Positions 36,159 to 48,889 of a DNA stretch of 64,000 nucleotides are shown in pieces. The translations under genes and the position numbers were made by a program. The DNA comes from Eledone cirrhosa (lineage: Eukaryota), in the NCBI GenBank assembly GCA_964016885.1, contig OZ024743.1, positions 86,366,001 to 86,430,000 of the forward strand. Reading direction: 5' to 3'. Under the pieces are notes generated by a model, which worked only from the letters and a program-made list of their open reading frames with translations, made no database searches and was not told the origin of the DNA. Position 1 is the first letter of the stretch, and each line of letters begins with the position of its first letter.

Positions 36159-39100
36159 TGTTTCTTTTATTTGCCACCAGGGCATCAAAAGTGGGACAAG
36201 TACAATGGGGGGAGTTTACAAAACAAGGCGTCCTCAATAAGGAGGAGGCAATAACAATATATAAAAATAAAATAAAATATAAAAAAATAAAATTTATAAC
36301 AAAGTCCTCAATAGAGAGGAGGCGCCTTGCGGGGTCGCACACACCCCCGAAAAAGTGTGCAACCCTTCTCCTCAGGAGCACAGAGAAGGGGTGCTCCCTT
36401 GGTCTTTCATCTTCCTCACCTATAGTCTGATGTAGAGTGAAGGCCCATTCACACGGGCCATTCTCGCCACTTTCACCCATCTTTCATAGAAACGGCTGGG
36501 GTGCAGCACCTCTCTCTCCATCCTGATCCTTCTTCCGAAATGATATCGGAAGAAACGGACCAGTTGTTGGCCAGAAAGAAAGGTGTCTGACCTCAGTCCT
36601 TTCAGACGCGTCCACCATACAACCTCTTTCGCCATGGCTATTACGCACAGAAACACCGCCTCTCCTTCGTTTTTGAAGAGGGGAGGCGGCTTGATCGTTA
36701 CAATAGACTCGGTGGTCAACCGGATCGGTCCCACCCTTGACAGCAGTTGTTCGACATAGCCCCACAGATCGGCTACGCCCGAGCAGTGTACCAATGCGTG
36801 TGCAACGGTTTCCTCGTCGCACACGCATCTGGGACAGATCTTTTTCGATGGGTCCCTACCCGGGCGCCCGTGTCTGTAGAGTCTTTCTCGAACGGGCAGA
36901 GCCCTTCTGTAGCATTGCCAGGCCAGGGACCTCTGGAAGATATCCATGGGTCCCGGGCTGAATGTCCTACCGAACAGGTTGGCCAGTTCGTCTTCCTCCA
37001 TGCCTAGGGCTTCTCCGAGGGCGTCGTCGCACCTGCTAACCACCAGCCCTCTATAGAATGACGAGGTGGATTCTCCACTGACAGCCGGGTCCGCCTGCCA
37101 GAGAGCCGTGAGCGCCTGGGCACACTCGGTGTGCCAGGCGCCCAGTTTTCTCGGTCTTTGCTTGACCCAGGATTGCAGCTCGGTGAGTGAGACGAGTCTG
37201 GGAAAGGCTCGCCTCACAAACGGGGCCCACACCGGTTGACCGGAGAGGAATACCTGAAGGTGCCGTAGCCTTAATGCGTGTTTACGTATCATTAGCCACG
37301 GCATCCCCAGCCCTCCTTTCGAAGGGTGTTGAAAGCAGATGGACCTCCTCACCATAGGAGCCCGCTTCTTCCAAAGGAATTGGAAGAGTGCGCGCTCCAT
37401 TTTGGCGAGCGTTTCCCTTGGGCAAGGCACAACGGTCAGGCGGTAGTAGATGACGGACGCTATATAAGTGTTTGCCACCTCCGCCCGACCTTTCAGGGAC
37501 AGTTTGCACTCTGCCCACTTCTGGGTCAGTGCAAACACCCTGTTCGTCACCTCACTACAGTTCTTCTCCACCTGAAGGTCTGGTCCGAACCAGACCCCGA
37601 GCAACTTCACCGGGCCCTCCGTCCAGCGCCCGACGGCGCCATCGGAGGGCATCGATCTGCCCCTCCACGTGCCGAGTTGCAGACCGATCGACTTGTCCCG
37701 GTTCAGCTTAGCCCCTGTAAACCTTTCGTACTCCTCCAGTAAGGTACCGATCGCCCCGATTTCCGAGGCCGTCGACACCATTACTGTTACGTCATCGGCG
37801 TAGGCTGACACCGCTTTCCGCAATCCCGGTTCCAACGGGATGCCCTGCAACAACTCCAACTTCCGCAGCAGTGGCTCTAGAGTCATTACATACAGAAGGG
37901 AGGAGAGAGGGCACCCCTGTCGGATGGACCGCGCGATTTCGAACGGCTCCGAGAGGTAGCCGTTCACCTTGACCCTAGAGCAGATGCGGCTGCTGTGCAT
38001 GGCATTGATCCAGCCCCTGAAAACGGGTCCGAAGCCTGCCGCCGCTAGCACCGCATCCAGGTAACCATGGTCGACCCTATCGAATGCCTTAGATTGATCC
38101 AAGTTGATCAGGGCCCCACCAAAGCCGGGTTCGTTCCCAACCCTCTCTATGATGTATCGCATGAGGTGGAGGTTATCGTGGATGGACCTGGACGGGATAG
38201 CACATGTCTGCGCATCTCCCACCAGGTTGCCCACGACAAGCGCCAACCTCTTTGCTAGCACCTTGGCCAAAATCTGTAACTCTGTATTTAGCAGAGTTAT
38301 GGGCCTGAAATTATTTATATCGTCCCCCTTGTTCTCGTCCTTCCTCACTAGCGTGACTACGCCCTTGGTCACAGCACAGGGAATTCTCCCGTTCTGTTGC
38401 CAGTTGCAGTAGACCGCCTCGAGGAGATCGAGGAACAAGTCCAGCATAGCTAGATATAGTTCGTATGGAAGACCATCGAGACCCGGGGATTTGCGTTTGC
38501 CGCATTGGCTCAGCACGTCCTCTATCTCAGCGGCTGAAATCGGCTCCTCGCAGGACTTCGCTTCCCTGTCCGAGAGACGCGGCAGGCCGTCGAGGTATGG
38601 ACCGAAGTCCACGTCCCCAACCGCCCCCCGCCCCTTCCGAACAATCCGGCAAAGTGCTTTTGAAAAGCCTCGCACATCTGCTTAGGTTCAAGGATCACCC
38701 GTCCATCCTGGTCTCGCAAAGACCGGATAGTGGATCTGCTCCCTCTTTTGGCTTCTGTCACGCGGGCCCAGCTAACAGCTTTGGTCCCCTCGTTTCCCAG
38801 AGCACGTATTTTGCTTCGAACGATGCAGCCTTCGTGTTTCGCGTCGAAGAACTGGCCCAGGGCCGTTCTCGACGCTAGCACTCTGGCCACGTCGCCGCTT
38901 CTAATTGCCTCTTCTACACTATCTACCAACTCCCTTTCCTTCCTATTTCTATTGGAGGCTAACTCCTTACTAAATTCTATAGAGACTACTCTAATCTCTC
39001 TTTTGAGAGATCCCCACCACCTGCTGTTGACGATGGCGCCCGTCAACCGCTCCTTAACTAAAGTGCTAATCCGGTCCCTGTAAGCCTTACTTGCCGGTAA

Positions 39101-40036
39101 GGACAAGTTGAGCTTCCAGTAACCGGGTCCCTGTCTATGAGTTCTGTCAAGGTTGATCATGCAGGTCACTAACTTGTGGTCTGAATAGCCAACCATGCGC
39201 ATTTTTGGACAACTTAAAAAGTCCTTATCCTTAATTCTAAGAACCTATCTAGGTACGACCTAGATGATCCGCTACGATTTGCCCAAGTCCAGGTTGGCGC
39301 AGTCGGAAAATCTAGTCGATATCTATCGGCCAGGTCAAATCGACCGATTAACCCTTTGAGGCTATTACACCCCTCTCTATCGGGACAGGCCCCTACGTAG
39401 TCCCAGCGTGCATCTAGGATACCATTCCAGTCCCCCACTAATAGCAAGGAGCGGGACGTCCCTAGAAAAGTCTCCAGACGATGGAAGAAGTCCGGCCGCA
39501 TTGACCCGAAAGGGCCGTAGGCGGCTACCAACCTAAACGCTCCGCCTTTACCACTGCCAAGGTCCAGAACCACTAGTCGACCCTCCGGGTCCAAATGTAC
39601 CATCTGTGTTGCGAGACCCAGATGTTTTTGCAGCAGAACGACAACTCCACCCCCACCTCCGGGCTGACAGAGAGATGCGTGCATCTCAAAGTCATCAAAG
39701 GTGGGGACCAGCTGTCGCACGTTGCTGATCCGGGCCTCGCAAATAACCATCACATCTATACGTTGTGACCTGAGGTCATTTAGAAGCATTGCTTGCTTCC
39801 AAGTTGAGCCCAGGCCACGCGCATTTAAACAGCCTACTCTTAGCATAGCCATGTTGGTGGTGAAGAGAAAAGGCACTTACCTCTCTGCGTCCCGGGTATC
39901 GGGCTGCACAATTTCCATTAGGGTGGGGGATGGGTTGTTGGGTGGGGTGGTGGTTTGTGGAAGTGTAGGGGCATCAGTGTGTTGTGTGGTTGGGGAGCTT
40001 GGAGTTGTGTGGGTATTTGGGGAGGGGGTGGGGTAG
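36158..40036 (-). mobile_element. Tx1-clade element copy C (family 2): 5'-truncated within ORF1, ORF2 with two frameshifts
   Basis: ORF2 split across 39214-39876, 38522-39202 and 36420-38675; ORF1 tail ..QPDTRDAER* at 39877; abuts the 3' end of copy D. Confidence 0.93.
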
Positions 40037-40310
40037 TTTATAGATAAGTTTCTTTTATTTGCCACTAGGGCATCAAAAGTGGGACAAGTACAAAGGGGGG
40101 AGTTTACACAAAAAGGCGTCCTCAATAAGGAGGAGGCAATAACAAAATATAAAAATAAAATAAGATATAACAAAAAATAAAATGTTTAACAAAATCCTCA
40201 ATAGAGAGGAGGCGCCTTGGGGGGTCGCACACACCCCCGAAAAAAGTGTGCAACCCTTTTCCTCAGGAGCACAGAGAGGGGGTGCTCCCTCGTTCCTTCC
40301 TCTTTTCCAC

Positions 40311-43300
40311 CTACAGGCTTATGTAAAGAGAAGGCCCATTCACACGGGCCATTCTCGCCACTTTCACCCACCTTTCATAAAAACGACTGGGGTGCAGCAC
40401 CTCTCTCTCCATCCTGACCCTTCTTCCGAAATGATATCGGAAGAAACGGACCAGTTGTTGGCCAGAGAGAAAGGTGCCTGACCTCAGTCCTTTCAGACGC
40501 GTCCACCATACAACCTCTTTCGCCATGGCTATTACGCACAGAAACACCGCCTCTGCTTCATCTTTGAAGGGGGGAAGCGGCTTGATCATTACAATAGACT
40601 CGGTCAACCGGATCGGTCCCACCCTTGACAGCAGTTGTTCGACATAGCCCCACAGATCGGCTACGCCCGAGCAGTGTACCAATGCGTGTGCAACGGTTTC
40701 CTCGTCGCACACGCATCTGGGACAGATCTTTTTGGCGGGGTCCCTACCCGGGCGCCCGTGTCTGTAGAGCCTTTCTCGAACGGGTAAAGCCCCTCGGTAG
40801 CACTGCCAGGCCAGGGACTTCTGGAAGTTGTCCATAGGTCCCGGGCTGAATGTCCTACCGAACAGGCTGGCCAGTTCGTCCTCCTCCATGTCTAGGGCTT
40901 CTCCGAGGGCGTCGTCGCACCTGCTGCGTACCAGCCCTCTATAGAATGTAGCGGTGGAGTCTCCACTGATAACCGGATCCGCCTGCCAGAGGGCGGTGAG
41001 CGCCTGGGCACACTCAGTGTGCCAGGCGCCCAGTTTTCTCGGTCTTTGCTTGACCCAGGATTGCAGCTCGGTGAGTGAGACGAGTCTGGGAAAGGTTCGT
41101 CTCACAAACGAGGCCCACACCGGTTGTCCGGTGAGGAATACGTAGAGGTGCCGTAGCCTTAATGCGTGTTTACGCATCATTAGCCACGGCATCCCCAGCC
41201 CTCCTTTCGAAGGGTGTTGACAGCAGATGGATCTCCTCACCATAGGAGCCCGCCCCTTCCAAAGGAATTGGAAGAGCGCGCGCTCCATCTTGGTGAGGGT
41301 TTCCCTTGGGCAGGGCACTACGGTCAGGCGGTAGTAGATGACGGACGCTATATAAGTGTTCGCCACCTCCGCCCGACCTTTCAGGGATAGTTTGCAACTG
41401 GCCCACTTCTGGGTCAGTGCAAACACCCTGTTCGTAACCTCCGCCCAGTTTTTCTCCACCTGGAGGTCCGGTCCGAACCAGACCCCGAGCAACTTCACCG
41501 GGCCCTCCGTCCAGCGTCCGACGACGCCATCGGAGGGCATCGGTCTGCCCCTCCACGTGCCGAGTTGCAAACCGATCGACTTGTCCCGGTTCAGCTTAGC
41601 CCCTGTGAACTTTTCGTACTCCTCCAGTAAGGTGCCGACCGCCTCGATTTCGGAGGCCGTCGACACCATTACTCTCACATCATCGGCGTAGGCTGACACT
41701 GCTTTCCGCAATCCCGGTTCCAAAGGGATGCCCTGCAACAACTCCAACTTCCGCAGTAGTGGCTCGAGAGTCAACACATACAGAAGGGAGGAGAGAGGGC
41801 ACCCTTGTCGGATGGACCGCGCGATTTTGAACGGCTCCGAGAGGTAGCCGTTCACCTTGACCCTAGAGCAGATGCGGCTGCTGTGCATAGCAGTGATCCA
41901 GCCCCTGAAAACGGGTCCGAAGCCTGCCGCCGCTAGCACCGCATCCAGGTAACCATGGTCGACCCTATCGAACGCCTTAGATTGATCCAAGTTGATCAGA
42001 GCCCCACCAAAGCCGGGTTCGTTCCCAACCCTCTCTATGATGTATCGCATGAGGTGGAGGTTGTCATGGATGGACCTGGACGGGATAGCGCATGTCTGCG
42101 CATCTCCCACCAGGTTGCCCACGACAAGCGCCAACCTCTTTGCTAGCACCTTGGCCAAAATCTGTAACTCTGTATTTAGCAGAGTTATGGGCCTGAAGTT
42201 ACTTATTTCGTCCCCCTTGTTCTCGTCCTTCCTCACTAGCGTGACTACGCCCTTGGTCACAGTACAGGGAATTCTCCCGTTCTGTTGCCAGTTGCAGTAG
42301 ACCGCCTCGAGGAGATCGGGGAACAAGTCCGGCATAGCTAGATATAATTCGTAAGGAAGACCATCGAGACCCGGGGATTTGCGTTTGCCGCATTGGCCCA
42401 GCACGTCCTCTATCTCAGCGGCCGAAATCGGCTCCTCGCAAGACTTCGCCTCCCTGTCCGAGAGGTGCGGCAGGCCGTCGAGGTATGGACCGAAGTCCAC
42501 GTTTCCAACCGGCTCCCCGCCCCTCCCGAACAGTCGGGCAAAGTGCCTTTGAAAGGCCTCACACATCTGCTTAGGCTCAAGAATCGCCCGTCCATCCAGG
42601 TCTCGCAAAGACCGGATGGTGGATTTAGTTCCACTGTTGGCCTCTGTCACGCGGGCCCAGCTAACAGCTTTGGCCCCCTCGTTCCCTAGAGCACGTATTT
42701 TACTTCGGACAACGCAGCCTTCGTGCTTCGCGTCGAAAAACTGGCTCAAAGCCGTTCTCGACGCTAGCACTCTGGCCACGTCGCCGCTTCTAATTGCCTC
42801 TTCTACTCTATCTATTAGCTCCCTTTCCTTCCTATTCCTATCCGCAGCTAGAACCTTACTAAATTCAATCGAGACTACTCTAATCTCTCTCTTTAGAGAT
42901 ACCCACCACCTGCTGTTGACGATCGCTCCAGTCAACCGTTCCTTAACTAACGTACTAATCCGATTCCTGTAGGCTCTACTTGCCGGCAAGGACAAGTTGA
43001 GCTTCCAGTAACCGGGGCCCTGTCTATGCGTTCTATCAAGGTTGACCATGCAGGTCACCAACTTGTGGTCTGAATAGCCAACCATGAGCATTTCTGGACA
43101 ACTTAAAAAGTCCCTGTCCTTATTTCTAACTAAAAATCTATCTAGGTACGATCTAGATGATCCGCTGCGATTTGACCAAGACCAGGTTGGCACCGTCGGA
43201 AAATCTAGTCGAAATCTATCGGCCAGGTCAAATCGGCCGAGTAACCCCTTGAGGCTGTTGCACCCCTCTCTATCGGGACATGCCCCTGCATAGTCCCAAC

Positions 43301-43746
43301 GTGCATCCAGGATACCATTCCAATCCCCCACTAAAAGCAGGGAACGGGACGTCCCTAGAAAAGACTCCAGACGCTGGAAAAAGTCGGGCCGCTCTGTCCC
43401 AAAAGGGGCATATGCGGCTATCAGCCTAAAGGCTCTACCTTCACCACTGCCAAGGTCCAGCACCACCAGTCGACCCCCTGGGTCCAAGTGAACTATCTGT
43501 GTTGCAAGGCCCATATGTTTTTGCAGCAGAACGACAACCCCACCCCCACCTCCGGGCTGACAGAGAGATGCGTGCATCTCAAAGTCGTCAAAGGTGGGGG
43601 CTAGCTGTCGCATGCTGCTGATCCGGGCCTCGCAGATAACCATCACATTTATAGATTGTGACCTGAGGTCATTTAGAAGCATTGCTTGCTTCCAAGACGA
43701 GCCCAGGCCACGCGCATTTAGACACCCTACTCTTAGCACAGCCATG
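40311..43746 (-). CDS. ORF2 of copy D (APE-RT-CCHC); likely start MAVLRVG
   Basis: Open frame with the same motifs as B ORF2; ATG aligned to the B start. Confidence 0.95.
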
Positions 43747-43769
43747 TTGGTGGTAAAGAGAAAAGGCAC

Positions 43770-45414
43770 TTACCTCTCTGCGTCCCGGGAAACGGGCCGC
43801 TCAATTTCCATGCTGGTTGGGGATGGGTTGTTGGGTGGGGTTGTGGTTTGTGGAAGTGAAGGGGCATCGGTGTGTTGTGGGGTTGGGGTGTTTGTCGTTG
43901 AGTGGGTGTCTGGGGGGGGGGGGGGGGGTGAAATTTTTTAGGAGGACGCGGTTGATTGGTTTGGCGCAGGGGGGGGCCCACGTCCTCCGTGAAATTTATT
44001 TTCAGTGTTTTGTACAAGTGCATTGGGACTTTTATCATTTTCAAATGAGGTAGTCCCACAGCAGTTATAAAGTTTGGCCCTTCGGTTTGGACCGAAGGGT
44101 TTGCTGAAATTGTTTTCCGTAATTCTTTGTTGTCTGTGTTCATGTATGTGTATTGTAATGTCTTTTTTTGTGTAGCAGTTAGTGTTGTGTGACAGGGAGG
44201 GGTGGTTTGTGTGTAGTTTGTGTTCTCTTGGGGGGGATTAAAGTTAACATCTGTGTCTGTGGTGCGTCTCCTCTTCTTTCTTTTTACTTGTTGGAAGGGA
44301 TCTTTTTCGTCTTGCGACGAAAGAGGTTCGTCTTCCTTGTTGGGTGGGAGGGGTATGTTTTCTGGTAGTGTTTGCGGTGTGCGTGTTTTTGTATTTGTTT
44401 TGGGTGGGGAGGGATTGGGTGGGACAGTATTCTGTGTTATTTTTTCACGTGTTTGTTGTTGTTGTTGTTGTGGTGGTGGTGGTGGGGTTGTTGGTTTTTG
44501 TTGTTGTTGTGGTTGTTTTTGTTGTTGTAGTTGGGGTGGTGTTGGTGTTGGTAGCAGTGTTTTTTTCTGTGTGAGCTGGGGACAGGCAGCCCTCAGGTGA
44601 CCTCTATTGCCACAGAGGTAACAGGAGGGACGCCTACCCTCCACAATAATGTTGAGGTGGGTACGGTCATCCAGCATGACGCGCTCAGGGATTTGGGCGA
44701 TGCGTTCTGGCCTTATTTGGGTCAGAACTTCGATGCTCGTTCCACTGAACGCGTCGCCGGATGCCTTCCCTATTGAGATGAGGTTGTCCTCGTCTAAATT
44801 GAGGAAACCGGTTAGTAACCACCAGTAGTTTATGTTTGGGGTGATGGTGGTTATCCATATCCTCTGGGTTTTTTTACCCATGTAGGTAGGGAAGAAGGTG
44901 TAGTGTGTGGACCGAATTGGCGACACAGAGTATTTTTTTGCCGCCAATTCGTCTTTCATCAATATGGATAAACTCCCATAGAGTTTATCCTTTTGTATGA
45001 AAGTGATGTCTCTCATCGCGTCTTTCAAGACTAACTGAGTTTCCGCTTGAGATGGTTGCGCTGGTTTCTTTGTTTTATTTAAAATTGTTCGGAATACGAC
45101 AGTTCGTAATTCCGTCTGTCTTTTTAGCTCCGGAGGTGAATGTATAGAAAACGATCCGTTTTCGCCAAAAGACACATATTTCTTGGCTTTTTCCAGCATT
45201 TCTTTTGCTTTTGAAATATCTTCCAGCACATAAGCGACTGATAATTTAGCCGTTTGTGCAAAAGATATTTTGTTTTCGTTTTGGATATTAGTATTGTTTT
45301 GTTTCTCGTCGTTTGAGTTGTTTTCATCTTTGTTGTTGTTGTTGTCTTTCTCGTTTCGTGTGTGGATACTTGTGACGTTTGTGTTGTTGTTGTTTTTGTT
45401 GTCTTTATTGTTGC

Positions 45415-45445
<31 letters not shown>

Positions 45446-45622
45446 GTTTTCAAATTCTTGTGTAGTTGTGGCTACATCTAGTGGTCGGTCAACAGGTGAA
45501 GACAATTCTTCCTCTCTCTGACCTCTGCCTTTGGCATCTGCTGCTGTGACAGTGGCAGGGGGAAGCTGTGAGTATGACTTCCCCTTTCCTTCTTTGATTG
45601 ATGGTGAAGATGCTTCAGCCAT
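43770..45622 (-). CDS. ORF1 of copy D (zinc knuckle); C-terminus frameshifted in G homopolymers
   Basis: CYLCGNRGHLRAAC; alignment to B and C shows the true end is ..SRDAER-TAA at 43770. Confidence 0.85.
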
Positions 45623-46380
45623 TTTTCTCAAAATAGGGTTTTTCGAAGTTTTTCGAAAGATAAAATGTTCACAATACTATTTCGCCCAAAGGCGCAGAAT
45701 ATTTTGAGAGACCGACCAGATCAAAATTTGACCTGGCAGTCCCTCTACAAAATGATACAAAAATGAAAGTTTACAGTTTACAATTTCCGTATGAATTTAA
45801 ACAAAAACTTACCGAGCGAGCTCAGCACATGTGTCCATCAGATAGAGAGAGATGATTGGTGGGGATTGTCTTCATGAGATAAGTTTTTGGGGGGGTCATT
45901 CCACTCTGGTTCCTCGGAAGAGAAGAGTCACTTCGAGTTGCTCAAGTAAGTAGATAGATGTAGCACTTAGAAAAACAAAATCCAGCTCTCCCGACAAGGG
46001 CCCGACAGCAATTCTTCCATCGGCACTTCAAGCACACTCAGTCATCTGCCTCTTTGTATAGACAACATAGCTGCCTTGCCACTGTGAGCTTATTACTACA
46101 TATGCTGGTACATACTGTCTGACTACAACTTGTCACTTTTTAATCGAATATGACATATTAAACACAGAGACTCCAGCACACCACAGAAGCCCTTTTTGAA
46201 CACTATATTCATTTATGGATACTACAATCATATTTTATATATACGATTCGAATAATTATATTGTTTTCCCTTTTTGCTGAAGTGAAGTAAAGTTCAACAA
46301 GAATTATTGGTATTTGTCGTGTTTATCATCCTCTTCCACAACAACAAAAAACTTCGCTTCATATATATGTACATATATAG

Positions 46381-46544
<164 letters not shown>

Positions 46545-46689
46545 TTATATGAAAATAAAACTAGAAGCTTTCACCGTATATTGACTACAGAAAATAGTCT
46601 AATATTAGGGCATATGAACCTCTATAACGGAGAAACAATTAGCATTAGCACGCGTGTAGGCCTTCCCCATATCTCAAATTGCCTGATAC

Positions 46690-46966
46690 TGTAGAATTGA
46701 GAGATCCCAGCTCCGATACTATGGGCATGTGTTAGAATGTCTCAGGAAAGGTCGCTGGAGAGATTTTACGGGCAAAACCAACCAGTAGGTGACTCAGGAG
46801 TAGACTCCGAGCAAGATGGTTGGATTACATCTATGAGCTTGGCTGGTCACGCTTGGGGATCCAGCCGGATCAGTTGGAGATAGTTGCTTCTGACAGAGCC
46901 CGCTGGAGAGAGTGCTTGAGGACTCTATCCCCACGACCCTCTCAGGAATAAGTGGGTTAAGAAGAA
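46690..46966 (+). mobile_element. RTE LINE 3' end with GAAGAAGA tail
   Basis: Homologous to 17760-18050. Confidence 0.8.
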
Positions 46967-47611
46967 GACTGTAGCTTACTTACAGCTAAGTACCTCTCGT
47001 GTAGTTGTCTCAACAGAAAAAGGCTATCGCTACTACCTGGCTGCATCTCACCTAACTTGATTATGCCCTAAATTAACACTTTACGATTCACATTACTCTA
47101 TATATACTATCATATTTTCAAAGAAAAAGCTTTACTTCACATAATATCAAATCTATGAGATTTTGATATTATTTATTTTGATTACAATACCTTAATATTG
47201 GTGTAAGCGGCCGGTTACAGCCGGTTTGAAGAGAAAGAGGTGAAAGAATTCTGCCCAGATATGGCCAGTTTAAATGCTAAAGGGTTAATTGTGTTATGGC
47301 CCTTTCAGCAACTTTCAGGACCTAATCCAGCAAATTGCTACCTCTGTAGTTACTTCTCTCAAGTGTATCTCTTTTGCCCTTGTAACAATTTACAATGATA
47401 CAGCTGCGCCAGTCATTGGATATGACACCATCCTGTACTACTTGTTTAACTATGCGTTTCACTAGCTCATATTCTACAATGACATACATACATAGCATAT
47501 CAGCCACTATACCAGATGGTCCAGTTCCTTCACATATTTAATTGCTTTAGCTATCACATTATAACTGATACATAAATACATACATACATATATACAAATA
47601 TACATATGGTG

Positions 47612-47886
47612 ATGTGAATAGCCTATACTTCTCACGCAAGGAAGGTGGCCGGGGTCTAAAATCAATATTAACAACATATGAGACCCGGATAGTAACACTG
47701 AAGCAACACCTTCAACAGAGGAAAAAGGTTGGCGACCATCTTGCTCAGGTTTATGAGCATGAAAAAAGAAATATCATTAGAATAGCGACTGATCTGGAGG
47801 AGAGATATGGAATAAAGCCTGATATAAATCTCTCACCCAGAGAAATCGGAAGATCCTATTCAATGTTCAAACAAGAAAAAAAAAAG

Positions 47887-47919
<33 letters not shown>

Positions 47920-48780
47920 CCAATTTACAGAGAAAGTTGTGCATGGATACTTGAGGCGTAAAACACAGACCATAGAGGGGATAAACCACTCAAAAAGCCT
48001 GGCATGGAGTTCCGACAAGTTTATGACATCACACCTTGAGGGATATCTCTATGCAATACAGGAACAAGAACTCCCTACCAAATATCTGTTGCACAAAAGA
48101 GGAGGGCCAGCAGCTGACAATAAATGTAGGCTATGTAAAACAAAGATCGAGGATGTAAGCCACATTGTTGCCAGCTGCGAAAGAATGTCATCTCGCTACT
48201 ACCTCCCCATGAGACACGATGGGATAGCTAGAACTATCTGGAACGCACTTCGGAAAACAAAATTAACAACAAACGAGGAAGAATATATTGAGACAGATGG
48301 CACTAAGGAATACTGGTGGAACCTGAAAATAAAAACTGCCACCAAATTAAAGCACAACCGGCCTGATATTGTAGTTTGGGACCACACATTGAAAACGTGT
48401 TCTGTTGTGGAGATCAGCTGCCCACTTGATGTAAACGTTGTCAGAAAAATACAGGAGAAGGAGGACATCTACGGACCATTGATGAGGAGCTTACAAATCC
48501 AGTATCCAAGATACACCTTTAGCTTCATACCCATCATTATTGGTGCTACGGGTTATATACCAACCCGCTTGGACCAAAGTATGACCGAACTTGGATTTGC
48601 GGACAAAAAGCGCAGCTCCCTAATTCATAGTCTACAAATGGCTGCGATAGCTGGCACCTTCAAAATATGCAAAACATTCTTGCGATTCAAGGGATGACAA
48701 TTTCTTTTCTTTTACAACCTTGCCACCAAGAAGGTGGCCGGTCAAAAAAATATACTCGAAATTAAGAGAAAGAGAAAATA
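47612..48780 (+). mobile_element. 5'-truncated R4/Dong-clade element (CCHC + RLE) within TACA repeats
   Basis: LYFSRKEGGRGL, AIQEQ, CRLC..HIVASC, RHD, NRPDIV, EISCP, K..IY; frame broken at poly-A 47875-47914. Confidence 0.9.
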
Positions 48781-48889
48781 TACGTACAATCATACATACA
48801 TGCATACATACATGCATACATATATATATATACATATATACATACAATCATACATACATACACATATATATATATATATACATATATAC

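Larger units (their letters stand above)
40047..45845 (-). mobile_element. Tx1-clade element copy D (family 2): full length
   Basis: 5' UTR homologous to that of B, ORF1, open ORF2, 3' UTR nearly identical to that of C. Confidence 0.94.

Noticed and set aside
40072-40310. 78-aa hydrophobic, transmembrane-like extension that the putative splice would add to ORF1 in copy D
   Set aside because: Depends on TGG where B and C have a stop; hydrophobicity follows from a T-rich UTR and the frame is not conserved in C.
43733-43980. Apparent ORF1/ORF2 overlap or programmed frameshift in D
   Set aside because: Caused by length changes in G homopolymers (mutation or sequencing error); homologs end at ..AER-stop.
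45745-45812. GTAAGT...TTTTGTAG 68-nt intron-like segment in the 5' UTR of D
   Set aside because: The donor is not conserved at the homologous position in family 1 (AGAAGT).
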